Below are positions 1 to 13,469 of a stretch of 64,000 nucleotides of DNA, piece by piece (position 1 is the first letter of the stretch; each line of letters starts with the position of its first letter). The stretch spans positions 209,686,001-209,750,000 of the forward strand of contig NC_058368.1 in the NCBI RefSeq assembly GCF_018350175.1, in the 5' to 3' direction. A program made the translations under genes and the position numbers. This DNA comes from Felis catus (lineage: Eukaryota). Under the pieces are notes generated by a model. The model ran no database searches. It saw nothing but the letters and a program-made list of their open reading frames with translations, and was not told where the DNA came from.

Positions 1-126
1 AGTTATTTATTTTTTTAAGGTTTATTTTTTTTTTTTAAGTAATGTCTACACCCATTGTGGGGCTTGAACTCACAACCCAGAGATCAAGAGTCACATACTC
101 TACAAACTAAGCCAGCCAGGCAGCCC
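1..126 (-). mobile_element. Older short CAN-SINE (tRNA-derived)
   Basis: Reverse complement reads gggctgcctggctggcttagtttgtagagtatgtgactcttgatctc...gtgtagacattacttaaaa plus A-tail. Confidence 0.85.
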
Positions 127-160
127 TAGGCTGGTAATTGCATTTAAAAACATATACTTT

Positions 161-400
161 GGGGCACCTGGGTGGCTCAGTAGGTTGAGCATCCGACTTC
201 GGCTCAGGTCATGATCTCACAGTCTGTGAGTTCGAGCCCCGCGTCAGGCTCTGTACCGACAGCTCAGAGCCTGGAGCCTGCTTCAGATTTTGTGTCTCCC
301 TCTCTCTCTCTGCCCCCTCCCCTGCTCATGCGCTGTCTCTCTTTCTCTGTCAAAAATAAATAAACATTAAAAAAAATTAATAAAATAAAATAAAATAAAA
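161..400 (+). mobile_element. CAN-SINE (SINEC_Fc-type)
   Basis: ggggcacctgggtggctcag head, (CT)n, A-rich tail; TSD taaaaacatatactttg at 145-161 and 396-412. Confidence 0.97.
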
Positions 401-921
401 ACATATACTTTGATGGGCCTAAGGCATCCTCCAAGAAAAGTAGTTAAATGATTAAATAGTAGGAGAAGTGTCAGTAAGACTAATTTTCTGGTCATTGACA
501 ATTACTGGTTAGTTGTTAGATTTTCAGTACAACATGTACTTGTAAAAAGAGGTTCAGCTGATAAATGTAGAGAAGAAGGGGCCTATGGGTAGTGGGCTGA
601 GCAGAGGGCAGGAAGGCAAACTCTTGGAGAAGAAACAGAAGAGGGTGAAGAACTCCGTCTGCTTTGCAGTTTGTCTTTGGACTAGCCTGGGACCAACAGG
701 CATAATGATGACCATCGTTTTTCTATACTGTTAAGAAATATATTTATTATTTTACTTTTCAATTGCTTTAGTTATACGCAAATGAAAGTTTATTCTAATT
801 TTTTGTAGTTCAAAGTAAAATAAATCTATAATAGATGTTCATGTTGAGCATTTATAAATATTTAAATATACATTATGCCTGTAATTCAAAAAATATTATC
901 AAAGTATTTCTCATAGTTATT

Positions 922-2260
922 TGTTATTCATTCATTCACTTAGCAAATATTTATTGAACACCTAGCAAATATTTACTGAGAAACCATTTTAAAAAAGTTT
1001 TTTTTTTGAGATAGAGACAGAGCATGAGTGGGGGAGAGGGCAGAGACAGAGGGAGACACAGAATCTGAAGCAGGATCCAGGCTTTCAGCTGTCAGCACAG
1101 AGTCCAACGCTGGGCTTGAACCTGCAAACCACGAGATCATGACCTGAGCCAAAATCGGACACTTAACCGACTGAGCCACCTAGGCGCCCCACTGAGAAAT
1201 CATTTTGAATGCTAGGGATGCAGTGGTGAACAAGAAAGTTTATATTCTATGTGGGTAAAAACAGTCAATGAATTAAAGAGCAAATAAATATTGAATATAC
1301 AAGTGTGATAGGTATTGTGAAGAAAAATTAAGAGGATGGAGAATGATGGCAAATGGTCAGGGCAAGATCTGTCTGTGGAGATAGATTTGAGGAGAAATGT
1401 GAATGAAATGAGATGTGAGTCATGTGAGGGTCTGGAGAACAGTTTCCGAAGCAGAGGATAATAAGAGTAAAAATAAGTAAGAGCTTGGCATGTTCCAGGA
1501 ATAGCAAGAAGGCTATGTTGTTTCTGGAAGAGTAGAGTTTGTGAAAGAATGAACCGGACAACAAATCCCTGTTCTCCTGGAACTGATATCACACCAGAGG
1601 GAGAGATACAAAATGAATCAACCATCACATAAATATATGTTGGGGGTGATAATTGCTATGAAGGAAGGAGCAGAGCAGAAGGGGGAGGAGAAAGAAACAA
1701 GTGCTTTTTTAGGTCGGTGGTGAGAGAAGGCTCCTGAGAGAAGATAACATTTAAGCAGTATCTTCAGTGAAGAGGGGGAGTGAACCACAGAGATATCCAA
1801 GAAGAATGACACAGGCAGGAGAAGAGTGAGTGCAAAGGCCCCGAGATGCTTAGAGAAAGGCAAAGAGTGTGGATGGAAGTTTGCAAGAAGAAAAAATGGT
1901 AAGAATGAGGTTGGATTCATAGCCAGGGGCAGAATTGCTTGGAGCTTGGAGGTCTTTAGAGTTATCCTCAGTGAGATGAGGTGCCAGTGTAGAGTTATGA
2001 GCAGAGGTGTAACATGATCTGATTTACATTTTAGAAGGATCACTGGGTCTGCTTTGTTTAGGGGACAGAGGTGGAAGCAGGGAGACCAATTGGGAAGTTA
2101 TCTGGTAATCTAGGTGAGAGGCAAAGGTGTTTGGATTAGCGGAGGTGGTGTCAGAGGGGTCAGGGTCTGGATATATTCTGAAGGTAGAGCTGACAGGATT
2201 GAAGACTGGATTAGCTGTGGGATGTAAGAAAACAAGTACCAGCTGGACAGTACTTGCAAA
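922..2260 (-). mobile_element. LINE2 3' fragments (probably two pieces), interrupted by a SINE
   Basis: ttcattcattcac...aaatatttattgaacacct is the L2 3' end; ORF 1618-2043 (SDHVTPLLITLHWHLISLRI) resembles the L2 ORF2 C-terminal motif DHVTPLLKTLQWLP. Confidence 0.85.
990..1190 (-). mobile_element. CAN-SINE inserted in L2
   Basis: SINE body; TSD actgagaaa(c/t)catttt on both sides. Confidence 0.96.
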
Positions 2261-2945
2261 AATCCAGGTGGAATTATGTATTTATAAATGTAATTCAATT
2301 GGAGATGCTTACATTTTAATTATTCAAAGATGTTAGTAACGCAAATATAGGTTTGACAAATCCATTCAACTAAGTTGCTTTATACATGAAGGTTGGATTG
2401 GAATGTGCAAAATGATTATTTTGTTTTGTCTTTTATTTAGCATCTGGCCCATATAAGTAGCACTCCTAATTAAACCACTTGGCAACAAATTCACCAACTG
2501 CTTGTTAAGCTGATGGGGACACATGATCAATAAGGTACTGATCTGAAATCATATTTAATCTTCAAAATTACTACTTTTAGGTATATACTGACATTAACAT
2601 CCATGCTAGTAATGTCTGTGACATAATATTATATAATCACAGTGTTCTTTTTAAAAATAAAAGAATGCTGATATTGGGAAGAAGGGCTTCCTTATAGCCT
2701 GACTTAGCGGTTGTGGCTGTTATTTGTAAATTGTTTTAATCGTCTAGGGGTTTGATTTAAAATCCCTGTAAGGTAATAATAAGCCATATGACAAAGGAGT
2801 TTTTGTGTACACTTGATTCAATTTAATAATACTTGATTTAGGTTTTTTCTTCAGTGACCAGAGGAAAACTATTTAAGAGTCCATTATTATATAAATTTTA
2901 TCATATACTACCAAGTCAGGATTGTTATCTGATTATTTTGGAAAC

Positions 2946-2978
2946 TTTTTTTACATTTATTTATTTATTTATTTATTT

Positions 2979-3021
<43 letters not shown>

Positions 3022-3183
3022 AGGGGAGGAACAGAGAGAGAGAGGGAGAGAGAGAATCCCAAGCAGGCTCTGAGCTGTCAGCACAGAGCCCAACGGGAGG
3101 CTCCATCTCACAAACCAGGAGATCATGACCTGTGCTGAAATCAAGAATCAGATGCTTAACTGACTGAGCCACACAGGCACCTC
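2946..3183 (-). mobile_element. CAN-SINE
   Basis: (TTTA)n tail, (GA)n, SINE body; TSD attttggaaac. Confidence 0.95.
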
Positions 3184-4551
3184 AATTTTGGAAACACTCT
3201 TAATTCATCTAATGAGTGTTGCACTATCTTTTAGGGCTACATCTCTTTAAGACCATGCTACAGTATTTTTAAAGAAATATTTCCTCACTTTCATTCTTTT
3301 TATGGTGTCCGGAGTATCATTGCTGGCTTTCTTTTTCTAAGAATTGTATAATACCTCAGTGAATGCCTCTGTTCGTGCCCCTTAGCTAATTGTTGTGATA
3401 AACTCAAGTCCAATTTTAGCTGATTTTACCAAATTACCGAGATAAGCTGACCTATATTTTTAATGAACTGATTTAAAAAAACCCCGTCTTTTATTCTTGT
3501 TATTGGTCTTTACTAATCAATGAAGAATTACTTTCTGACACTGATTCAGGAAGAAAAAGATGATTTAGGTTTATAATGTATGCCTGTCATGCTTCTTACT
3601 GATATTTTGTGCTTTTGTATATATCCCAGGGCCAATTCATATTGGGAAAGTGTTCAAATTTTAGCTTTTTCATTAGGACTTGTGCGATTCTATTTTAAGC
3701 ACAACAATATATCTGGAATTATCTTTTTATCCTGATAAAATTCCTGTAAATCCTTGCCTACCCAACATCCATCCTTCAATGACCCTGAATCTTCAAGACC
3801 AACTCAGAACCCATTATTAAACAAAAGAAACATTGCAGAGAAAAGTGTCAAACCAAAGCTTAAGCCTTCTGCATCATGATGGATGGGTTGATCACACCAA
3901 TCAACAAACGAACAGACAAAGCAAAACCCACCAGATTGCTCTGATTGATTAAACCTGCCTATAAAAGCCTTCATGCCAACTTCTGTTTGTTGAACCCATG
4001 AAGCAGGGGATTAACAAAAGAAAAGAACAGAAAAGAGAAGAGTAGAGAGTGAAGGCAGTACTTACAGAAGTAGCAGAGGCTAGAAACCACAGAGATGGTG
4101 AGAAGCAGCTATGGGCATGGGTGGCAACAGGGAACCCTTGAAGAGTGCACAGAGATACTCTACTCTCTAGATCACCTGCTCTGGAGCTCTTGAAAGCATA
4201 GGACAACTCCTCAATGAGACTATTTGCAGGAGAGATTTGCCACACAGGTATAACCATTTTAAAGGCATATGCTATCTATCTGTAAAATGTAAATTTCTTT
4301 GATTAGCTTACATGGAAGAGAACCATACTTTTCTCGTTGTTCTGTTGATGAGAAACACTAAGTAATAGAGTATAGTATTTCATGAATAATTATTTATACC
4401 ATGCTTTTTTTGGTGAAAGAAAGCACCTATAAATGTCTTCCTTATCTGTAGAAACACTAACTCATAAATAATAAATTTATCTCCTACTTGCATCGCAAAA
4501 TGGCAGACTTTTAAAATCTAAAGCACTTTTCTGCCTCGGATAGTATTTGTA

Positions 4552-4719
4552 GGGGCACCTGGGTGGCTCAATTGCTTAAGTGTCCAACCCTTGATTTTGG
4601 CTTAAGTCATGATCTCACGGTTCATGAGTTTGAGCCCTGCCTTGGGCTCTGCGCTAACAGCAGATTCTCTCTCTCTCCTTCTCTCTCTGCCCTTCCCATG
4701 CTCTCTCTCTCTCTCAAAA

Positions 4720-4758
<39 letters not shown>

Positions 4759-4780
4759 ATTTAAAATAATAATAATAATA
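4552..4780 (+). mobile_element. CAN-SINE
   Basis: SINE head and (TAAA)n tail; TSD ta(g/a)tatttgtag. Confidence 0.95.
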
Positions 4781-5061
4781 TTTGTAGAATGAAATAGAGT
4801 ATAAACAAATATAAATAAATAAAATGATTCTCAATGTAATTTGTATTCTTTGCAATTAGCTTTAGAACCTTTGTAATTATCTAGCCCTAATAACCACTTT
4901 TGTATTCAGCTTAATAACCTGGACTTCACTGCATTCCTACTTTTGTTTCCTTTTTACTGTGTGACATCTTCCAAAATATGTTAATGTGAAAAAATTTGGT
5001 TTATGTATGATTCATTTTTATTTAATCCACTAAAATGTCATCAACTGAATGGTTTTGTTTT

Positions 5062-5278
5062 TAAATTTTTTTTTTCAACGTTTATTTATTTTTGGGACAG
5101 AGAGAGACAGAGCATGAACGGGGGAGGGGCAGAGAAAGAGGGAGACACAGAATCGGAAACAGGCTCCAGGCTCTGAGCCATCAGCCCAGAGCCTGACGCG
5201 GGGCTCGAACTCACGGACCGCGAGATCGTGACCTGAGCTGAAGTCGGACGCTTAACCGACTGCGCCACCCAGGCGCCC
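5062..5278 (-). mobile_element. Young SINEC_Fc-type SINE
   Basis: CpG-intact body; perfect TSD tgaatggttttgtttt at 5046-5061 and 5280-5295. Confidence 0.98.
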
Positions 5279-5671
5279 TTGAATGGTTTTGTTTTAATGG
5301 AGCATTGAGAGAAAGCTTCTACCAAAGATATTCTATCAGAAATGAATCAATGTAAGCCAAAAAAGAAAAAAAAAAAAAACACAAAAAAAAACAAAAAAAA
5401 AAAAACAAAACAACTAGTAGTCCATGAACTATGTTATTTCTGTCTTATTTATATAAATTATTTCATTAGAAGAGGGAAGCCTTACTATGCCATGCTCTCC
5501 TGATGAAAATATAGAAGTTCACATGTTCATTGCAAAGGAAGCATTATAACATGGCCAATGTCCAAAAAAGCCCACAGCTGGCTCACTTCTTCAGTATATA
5601 TAAGGGTCTCAGGCATCTCATCTCAAAATCTCCTTTACTTCAACCCAACTCTATTCAAAAAAATTTACCTT

Positions 5672-5832
5672 AGCCTGTGGCTCTCAATCTTCAATAGAGG
5701 AGCTTGTTATAGTACATATTCTGGGTCCCAGTTTCATCAGTTCTGGGATGAGGCTGAAGAGTCTGCATTTTTAACAAGCCTGCAGGTAATTCTGATGTAG
5801 GTAATCTGTGTATACACATTGAAAAATCCCTT
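5672..5832. mobile_element. MER5-like hAT-Charlie MITE
   Basis: ctgcatttttaacaagc...ggtaattctgatg motif typical of MER5A/B. Confidence 0.7.
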
Positions 5833-6191
5833 CATAAGGGCATCCAGCATCATACTAAAGATATAACTAATATCCCTTCCTGAAAACACATTCTAATGTT
5901 GATGGGATTTGGGAGGAGATTGAGTACTTTAAAAGTTGGCACATCACAATGATATGTATGAAAAGGGTATTTAAAATGGGGACTTTGTGGGTACTTAATT
6001 CTTTATAATTTCATATGGCTTACTTTATAGTAATAAAATCTTCTCAGAAATGAGAATAGGTGTACAACATAAGAGAGGAAAAAGAATGGGCGATGAAAAC
6101 ATTTCTCTTTAAAAAGGGGTATCATTAAAAGCCTTTAGACAGTGCTTAAAGATAAGTGAAACAGGGAAGGTATCATCTTTTAATTTTCAGA

Positions 6192-6722
6192 ATATCAGTT
6201 AAGATCACTTTCTGCTGCGAGTAACGGAGTAGCCAAACATCAATTACATAACTCATAAGGACATTCAATTATCTAACCAAACAAGAAAGCTACAGATGGA
6301 GGTTCCAGATATGGAGTTCAATGATCCAGGCTCACTCTTCTCTGCCATCCCTAGAATGCTGGCATGTTGTTCCAGACTTAACCACATTGGCACATGATGG
6401 CTGCATCTTCAAACATTCAAGGAAGAAAGAAGAGATCACCTTACCTTGAGCAAAATCCTTCCCAAAAGTGTACCTAGCAGATTTCCCCTCCTGTCTCATT
6501 GACCAGAACTCACTAGAACTGGGTCACTCCAAACATTAACAAAGAAGAATGGAATTACACTCCTGGTTTATATCAACTGTGGTTCGTGCTGTGGTCTGGA
6601 GGGAGAGTCTACCTTCTTTGAATTGAATATGCTGCTGCTAAAAAAAATTCAAGGTCCTTTAAATTGATATATAAAGTATAAAAAATGGGGAAATTACAAT
6701 AGATAGGCAACCAATCATATCT
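6192..6722 (-). mobile_element. Old MaLR LTR (MLT1K/L-like)
   Basis: tatcagttaagat...ctgctgcgagtaac start, ttctctgccatcc, gtctcattgaccagaact motifs. Confidence 0.65.
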
Positions 6723-8779
6723 TCCTTGGTTTTGAAATTATCCTTTGGGTTTTAGTGGTTGCAGAATGCATTCAGAGTGGGGTAGAGGGGGAGGGAGAGG
6801 TTACAATCAGAATTGCTTCTGGGGATAGTGGTGGGTGGGGTGGGATGGGAGTGGGTATGTGGGAGAAGACCTGGAGAAAGAGTTGGCTTTCTTTTTGGGT
6901 ATTTTGGTCAGTCATGCCCTAGTTGAGGATGTCTTTGTAAGAACTAGAAGTGTTTGTTTGTAAAGCTTGTATTGCTATAAGGAATAATAAAATGAAAGTG
7001 ATGTCAAACTTGTAACATTCTGTAATCTAATAACTTTGGTTATTTTCAAAGCCTACTTATAAGTTTGTTTATTGCAATCCTCTAGTATCTTACCTCAGTT
7101 CATTAAAATACAAAACAAAGTATTATTTCAGCTTCTTGCCACTCACATGAAAGACTATGGTAAATAGTACTACATAGTGTTTGTTTTTATCCTCAACTCT
7201 GGAGATCACACAAAATATTTAGACATGTTGGAAAACAAAATGCCAGCCATATATGTAATGCGTTTGTTTATTTTATGCTTTGCTTTCTTCCAAAAATACT
7301 TGAAGTGGCTTAAAAGAACGTGCCTAATACAAACAGGTAATAATAAGTGGAAATGTCAACCTAACACCTACGTAGTACAAAGTTACTGTTTTTAAGTTGT
7401 ACATAATGCAAGATGATGAGAATGAACTTAACCTTTTCTGGAGACTAATGCTAGACTTTCAAAGATTATTATTTTGAAATTATTGTAATTGGGAAGTATT
7501 TGCTTTCAACTTTGTCTCATTAGAGTTATTTCAAACAAAGGAATGTTTCTTTTGTATCAATTTCAGTATAATAAACTTGAACACTAATATACCTGCCAAT
7601 GTACCTAATGGTATTTAAATGTTTACTTTGTAAAAATTGAATTTCTATTTCAGAAATAGAGTTTATATTTAACTATGGTATTTTAAACATTTAAAAGTTT
7701 TATCTATCTGAACAATATTGAAGAAATAGGTATTGGTTCATCTGACATTGTAATACCTTAACAGATATACATTAGCATTTTATGAGGAAGTTGAACTTCA
7801 TTTCACTGGAAATTGCTGTTGCTTCAAAATAATTAGTGCAGTGAAATATTCTCCAACTTTAATAACTGTTTTAACAATATCACCCTTTCTTGACATATGA
7901 AAGAAACAGACAACAGCGTGTAATATTGTCTTATCAAGTATCTAATCAGGGGACATAGTTTTCCAAACTGAGGAAAATGTTGCAATAAAAGAATGTGTTG
8001 TAAGAAAAAACAAACAAATAAATCAATGAAAGCCTTACCTTTGGAAAAGAAATGCCAATAATAGTATTAGGACTCACTGGAATTTTTTTTTCAGTTAAAC
8101 AACAGTGAAGATTTTAATCTCCTTTCTACTCAAAAATGAAAAAAATCCCATCTATGTTAATGGCTTTAAAATTTTTAACTTAAAACCTAGTCTAACTATT
8201 TCAAAATAGTTAGAATATCAATTCTTTCTTCATCTCAGACTTTATAATGGAAAACAAACTCAACCTAAACTACACTGGTGTTTTTTGTTTTTTTTCCAGC
8301 TACATATGTATGTGTGTATGATCTGAGAAACTTGTCATAATTCTTTAAAATGATTTTGGAGAACTTAAAAGTGAATTAATTGAAATAGCTATCTGATTAG
8401 TTATTATTCATTCAAGAGTTTTTTAATCATTTAGGCTAATGATTGGCAAAACCAGACATGTAAATCAAATAGCAGAAAAAATTAATCTATAAAGGATGAG
8501 TTTAAGAAGAGCATTCTAATCAAGTCTGGACAAGTGAAGGTTAGATTAGGCAGTGACCGTTGAGAGTTAAATATTAATGAGAAATGCACTAAAATGTACC
8601 AAACACTGGTTTTCTTCAAAATTTATTTTATGTACATTATATTTATCATTTCACTTAGTAGTGTTATGGGAACATGAGAATTTTATAATAAGTCATATTT
8701 TGGAAAGGGAAAAAAGGACTGGAAAATTCATGATCTAACATGATTCTCAGGTAAATATACATAAGGCAAAAATACAATT

Positions 8780-8828
8780 GTAATTGACACATAGTAGGTG
8801 CTCAATAAATACTTATTGGAAATGAATA
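8780..8828 (+). mobile_element. LINE2 3' tail
   Basis: cacatagtaggtgctcaataaatacttattggaaatgaat. Confidence 0.75.
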
Positions 8829-10099
8829 TGGTGGGTTAATTGGGGCAGCAGAGCTATATGCAAATTCAGTTCTTCTTAGTTATGAATAAACACCTCAAAC
8901 ATTGTTAATAATAGTAATATCACTCTTACTGAAGCACAGCCACTTTATTACAATTATTTGACAATGCTATACTTGAAGGAAATAAAGAAAAACACTTGGG
9001 AAACAGCAAAAGATATTAATTGTTAAGACAGTTTTGCCCTGCATATTTTTATTATTGTTATTTCTAATAATGTTTGACACGACATGCCCTTAAGGCAGTT
9101 TAAACTCAAAGCTTAGTATTGTAACCACATTAATCTTATTTCAAAGTGCATCTGATATGTATGTAATGATAGTGATAACTGTACGTTGCCACCTGGTCTT
9201 TAGGCAACATTAGTAACATGATTACAAAAATGGCCATTTGAATTATTATTCACCTTGTACAGATTGGGCTAGGGTCAGTGGAGGTGGGTAGGGAAGGGGC
9301 TGGAAGGTAGGTAGTGGACAGGAAAGAGGTTGGGTCTGTGAGAGGGGATTAAGCAGTGCAGGAAGTTATGCTGAGACCACTAGGAAGACTCCTCCCAGCA
9401 TCTGGAGTGCTGCAGGTCACTACCTTCTGTGCAAGGATTTCCCATGACCTGGTGTTCTGGGAAATTCTGGCTAATGGGCTCGTTCCCACACTCAGGAACT
9501 CAGAAAGCAAAGACATAGGAGGCAGCGTAAATAATGCATCTTCCCTGAGGAGTGAAAACTCGACAGATGGCTTGGTTCTTAGGCTTCTGACCAAGGGCTG
9601 CTGATGGACAAATAAAGCAGAAAGAACGGTGACTAATATCTTTCTCAAAAGAAGAACTGGGTAGTCACAACATTTCCCCTCCCCTTCCTCCTCTCCTTCC
9701 GGAGTTATGTTTTACTTAAAAGGAGACATCTGCATAGTAAAATTAAGGGCTATTCACCTGCCCCCAAATCTCCAAATCCAACAGAAAGAGAGAAAGAGAT
9801 CCTCATGGTGTTAAAGAACCGAGGAGTAGCTTTGAGGAATGCGCTGAAATATCTGATGGTGTAAACATGCTAATACCTCTAAGGCATTGGAGAGGAAGCT
9901 GTCATTCACATTTTATTCATTCATTCAGTGAATATTTATTGAGCACCTAGCATTGTCTCCAAGCCATTTTATAGATATAATGCATTCCAAGGACACTAAA
10001 TGTAAACTGAGTTCAGAGACCAAGAAGGCACTCCTTGTGCTTGCAGCAAGACTGCCCCTTCCTAGGTGTCTTTGCCTCCATCTGTAGGGTCCAGAACAC

Positions 10100-11470
10100 C
10101 CTGGAAACCCACCACTCCCTGATCACAGCTCACTACCTTATCTGCCTTGAGCCCACTAAAATTCATTTCATATTAAAACTGCAAAGTAGCCACAGTTCTC
10201 CTTCCCACTCATTTCCCATTCTAATCCTTACACCGTTCAGATTCCTTTCTCCCACTTCTCCGTGACTCCTGAAACCTTTAACACCAAGATGACACCAAGT
10301 TCCTTTGGAACTTGTGGTCCATCATCAATAATCATTTTCCAAAAGTCCCCCTCACTTCCTTGCTCTAATCAAAACCTGGCTCTCTCTGGAGCCTACTACT
10401 TCACCATCAAGTGGTGAGATGTTGTTTTCTTCCATAAGGTTGAGGTTGGGGTGGGAGTATGTGTTTTCCCTGCTCCTTGTCACCATTTTCAGAATATTCT
10501 TATTCCCTCCTCCCTAAAAAAATAGTCAGCTGTGAGTTTCACATCATCAGACTGTCCCCACTATCTCCCTTTTGCTTCCATCTACTGGCTCTCTGGGTTA
10601 CTGTGCTTGTTCTCTTGGTTTATCTCCTGACCCACTGCAGGCTACTTCTATCTTAGTTCTTGGTAATGTTAATAAACACATAGGTGATCCTTCCAACACT
10701 CTGGTTACTTAGTTCCTTCACACCTCTCTTCCAATAATCCTGACTTCCATTCTACCTTAGCACTTCATCTCCATAATTATATCCTAGACTTTATCATTAC
10801 CAATAATTGCAACAGCTTCATCATCTCAGTTCCCTGCATACTATTCTCTGACAATCACGTTTCTAACTCCTCTCTCTGGACTGTAACACTAAGAAGGCTT
10901 GGGTCAAACCAGAACCATGGTTGGGTCCATTGACGTTACTATTTGTTAGCCGTCTCCCCTCTTCCTGTTGACCACTTTTCCTTCCTTGCCCGGTGTAAAT
11001 TCCATAATCAAGCACTATAATCACTAACTTTTGTTCATCTTCAAATCCCGTGCCCCTCTCTCTTACCTCATCATACCGCCTTCACAAAAGCTCAACCTGG
11101 TTAGGCCTGCTATTGCCTACTTTTGGTTTCATTCGAAATCTCTGATAGTTAACCTCATTGGGCCCTTAATGGTTTCTGAGAGATGTCGTGTCTTGTATTC
11201 TCCTAGTCCATTCACTTACTTCCCCACTCTCTTACATGACAGCTGCATACCTTCTTGTCTCCCTTCAAACCTTCAGCATCACCTCTCATATCCTCATTCG
11301 TCAAGTGTTACTTTTGGATGAATAGTATGGGCTCCTTTTTAAGGCCAATCTCATCTTCTCTTGTTTATTAAAATGCACCTGTTGTAGTTCTTCTCTCTCT
11401 TTCCTACATTATCATTTCCCACCCCCCTTCTCTCTCCACTGTCATTTCTGTAAACATACAAACATTCCAT
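10100..11470 (+). mobile_element. LINE2 internal fragment (ORF2 APE endonuclease region, decayed)
   Basis: Pyrimidine-rich; conceptual translation gives FLALIKTWLS (cf. LALTETWLS), VLGNVNKHIGDPSNTL (cf. LGDFNIHVDDPSNTL) and ILDFIITNNC (cf. TLDLVITNNC). Confidence 0.85.
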
Positions 11471-11623
11471 TTTTTTCCCATCTTTACTTCAATCTGGAAA
11501 TGTGTATTGAGCATCTAGTATTTGAATCTACCAGTGCTGGAGGAATGGAAGAAAAAAAAAGAATCATTGCATACTTCCCCTACAGACCAGAGGTAGAACT
11601 TTGCTAAGAAAGATTTTAGGATT

Positions 11624-11840
11624 GGGGCACTTGGATGGCTCAGTCGATTAAGTGTCCGACTACAGGTTAGTTCGTGATTTCACGGTTTCACATGTTGGTG
11701 CCTCAGTTCAGGCTCTGTGCCGACAGCTCAGAGCCTGGAGCCTGCTTCAGATTCAAGTCTCCCTCTTCTCTGCCCCTCACCCACTTGCATTCTGTCTCTC
11801 TCTCAAAAATAATAAACTTTAAAAGATGATTAAAAAAATA
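11624..11840 (+). mobile_element. CAN-SINE
   Basis: SINE head/body/tail; TSD attttaggatt. Confidence 0.93.
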
Positions 11841-12109
11841 AAATTTTAGGATTAAAGACTGTAGATATAATGAGTTATGGTACTTTAATTTCACCTGTAA
11901 ATTCCCATAATACCAGCTCTCTATTGCCCAGGTAACATCTATGGTAGAAGTTATTTTGCTCGGAGCAGAATATTTTATAAACCTTTCTATAGTTTGTAGC
12001 ACCAGAAATGAAAATTTTGAACTTTGTTGTGAATTCTCATGTATAGTACGTAGCTATTTTCCTTATAAACAACAAATAAGACTGCTTCATCAATTAAGGT
12101 TAATGTTAT

Positions 12110-12255
12110 AATAATTGCCTCAATTTATTGTATGTCAATGCATTTACTGATTACCAGACTCTTGGGTGAGTGTTTTCATTCATTTGTTCACTCAATCCTC
12201 ACAGCAATCCTGGGAAGCAGGTGGAGTTCCTTAAATTACAGGTAGAAAACTGGGG
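12110..12255 (-). mobile_element. MIR fragment
   Basis: aatcctcacagcaatcctgggaagcaggt...ttacaggtagaaaactggg MIR core-like. Confidence 0.65.
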
Positions 12256-12789
12256 AAGAAAAAAAAAATTTTTTTTAATAAAGGCCCTCCCCATGAGTTT
12301 TATAAAATTTTAATTTTAATTAGGGTAACATACAAATTCTTTGAATAGTCAAAGACAAGCAAAAGTATGCATGCAGATGGTCTGAACTAAATAAATCATG
12401 TGCACTTGAGAATGAATGCCATCTTATGAAAGAGAACACGTCAAGGGCTGCAGTGGATTTATTGTGTGAGTGGTTTCTGCATGACACCAGAAACCCCAAG
12501 CAATGACTGGACAATTTAGCCAACAGAAAACTGGTATCATTCGGGGACATGCAGGTAGGAGGGCATGGGCAAGAAAGGAGGAGGGAGTGCCCACTTTTCG
12601 CTAGATACAAGACACTTTTTAAGTTAGGTAGCTTAGCTTTTTTTACTCTCAATTTTACATTAAAAATTTTTTTTGAACCTATAGAAAAGTTGAAAGAATA
12701 GTACAACAAACAATGATACACAATTAACGTAGGTTCCAAAATTAACATTTTGCCGTATTTGTTTCTCCCTAGATATTTATATTTTTTTT

Positions 12790-12985
12790 CTTTATTTAAA
12801 TGTTTATGTATTTTTGAGAGAGAGAATGCAAGCAGAGGAGAGGCAGGGACAGAGGGGGACAGAGAGCACAGGGCTCTCTGCTGTGCTGACAGGAGAGAGC
12901 TCAATGTGGGGTTTGAACTCACGAACTATGAGATCATGACCTGAGCTGAAGTCAGAGCTTAACTGACTGAGCCACCAGGTGCCCC
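12790..12985 (-). mobile_element. CAN-SINE (tandem pair, copy 1)
   Basis: SINE body ending ccaccaggtgcccc. Confidence 0.93.
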
Positions 12986-13191
12986 TTATTTTACTTTATT
13001 TTGGAGACAGAAAGAGAGAGAGAGCATGAGCAAGGGAGAGGGGCAGAGAGAGAGAGAGAGGGAGAATCTTAAGCAGTCTCCATAGTCAGCACGGAGCCTG
13101 ACACGGGGCTTGATCCCACAAACCATGAGATCATGACCTGAGCCCAAACCAGGAGTCAGATGCTTAACTGACTGAGCCACCCAGATGCCCC
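12986..13191 (-). mobile_element. CAN-SINE (tandem pair, copy 2)
   Basis: SINE body; pair flanked by tttttctttattt. Confidence 0.93.
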
Positions 13192-13266
13192 TTTTTCTTT
13201 ATTTTAAAAGTTAGCTGCCCATGTCTTGATTCTTCAGCATGTAATGCTCGAGAATGGGGATATTCT

Positions 13267-13469
13267 GGGGCACCTGGGTGGCTCAGTTGGTTAAGCGTCC
13301 GACTTCAGCTCAGGTCATGACCTCATGGTTTGTGGGTTCAAGCCCCGCATCAGGCTCTGTGCTAACAGCTTGGAGCCTGCTTTGGATTCTGTGTCTCCCT
13401 CTCTCTCTGCACCTGTCCCACTCACACTCTATCTCTGTCTCTCAAAAATGAATAAACGTTAAAAAAAAA
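13267..13469 (+). mobile_element. CAN-SINE
   Basis: SINE body; TSD agaat(gg/aa)ggatattct. Confidence 0.95.

Noticed and set aside
2441..2534. Exon-like block after a strong acceptor (ttttgtcttttatttag)
   Set aside because: Stops occur in all three frames and the donor (gtactg) is weak, with no supporting evidence.
5358..5413. Orphan A-rich tract as the tail of a retrocopy
   Set aside because: No TSD or recognisable upstream body was found, so it is treated as a simple repeat.
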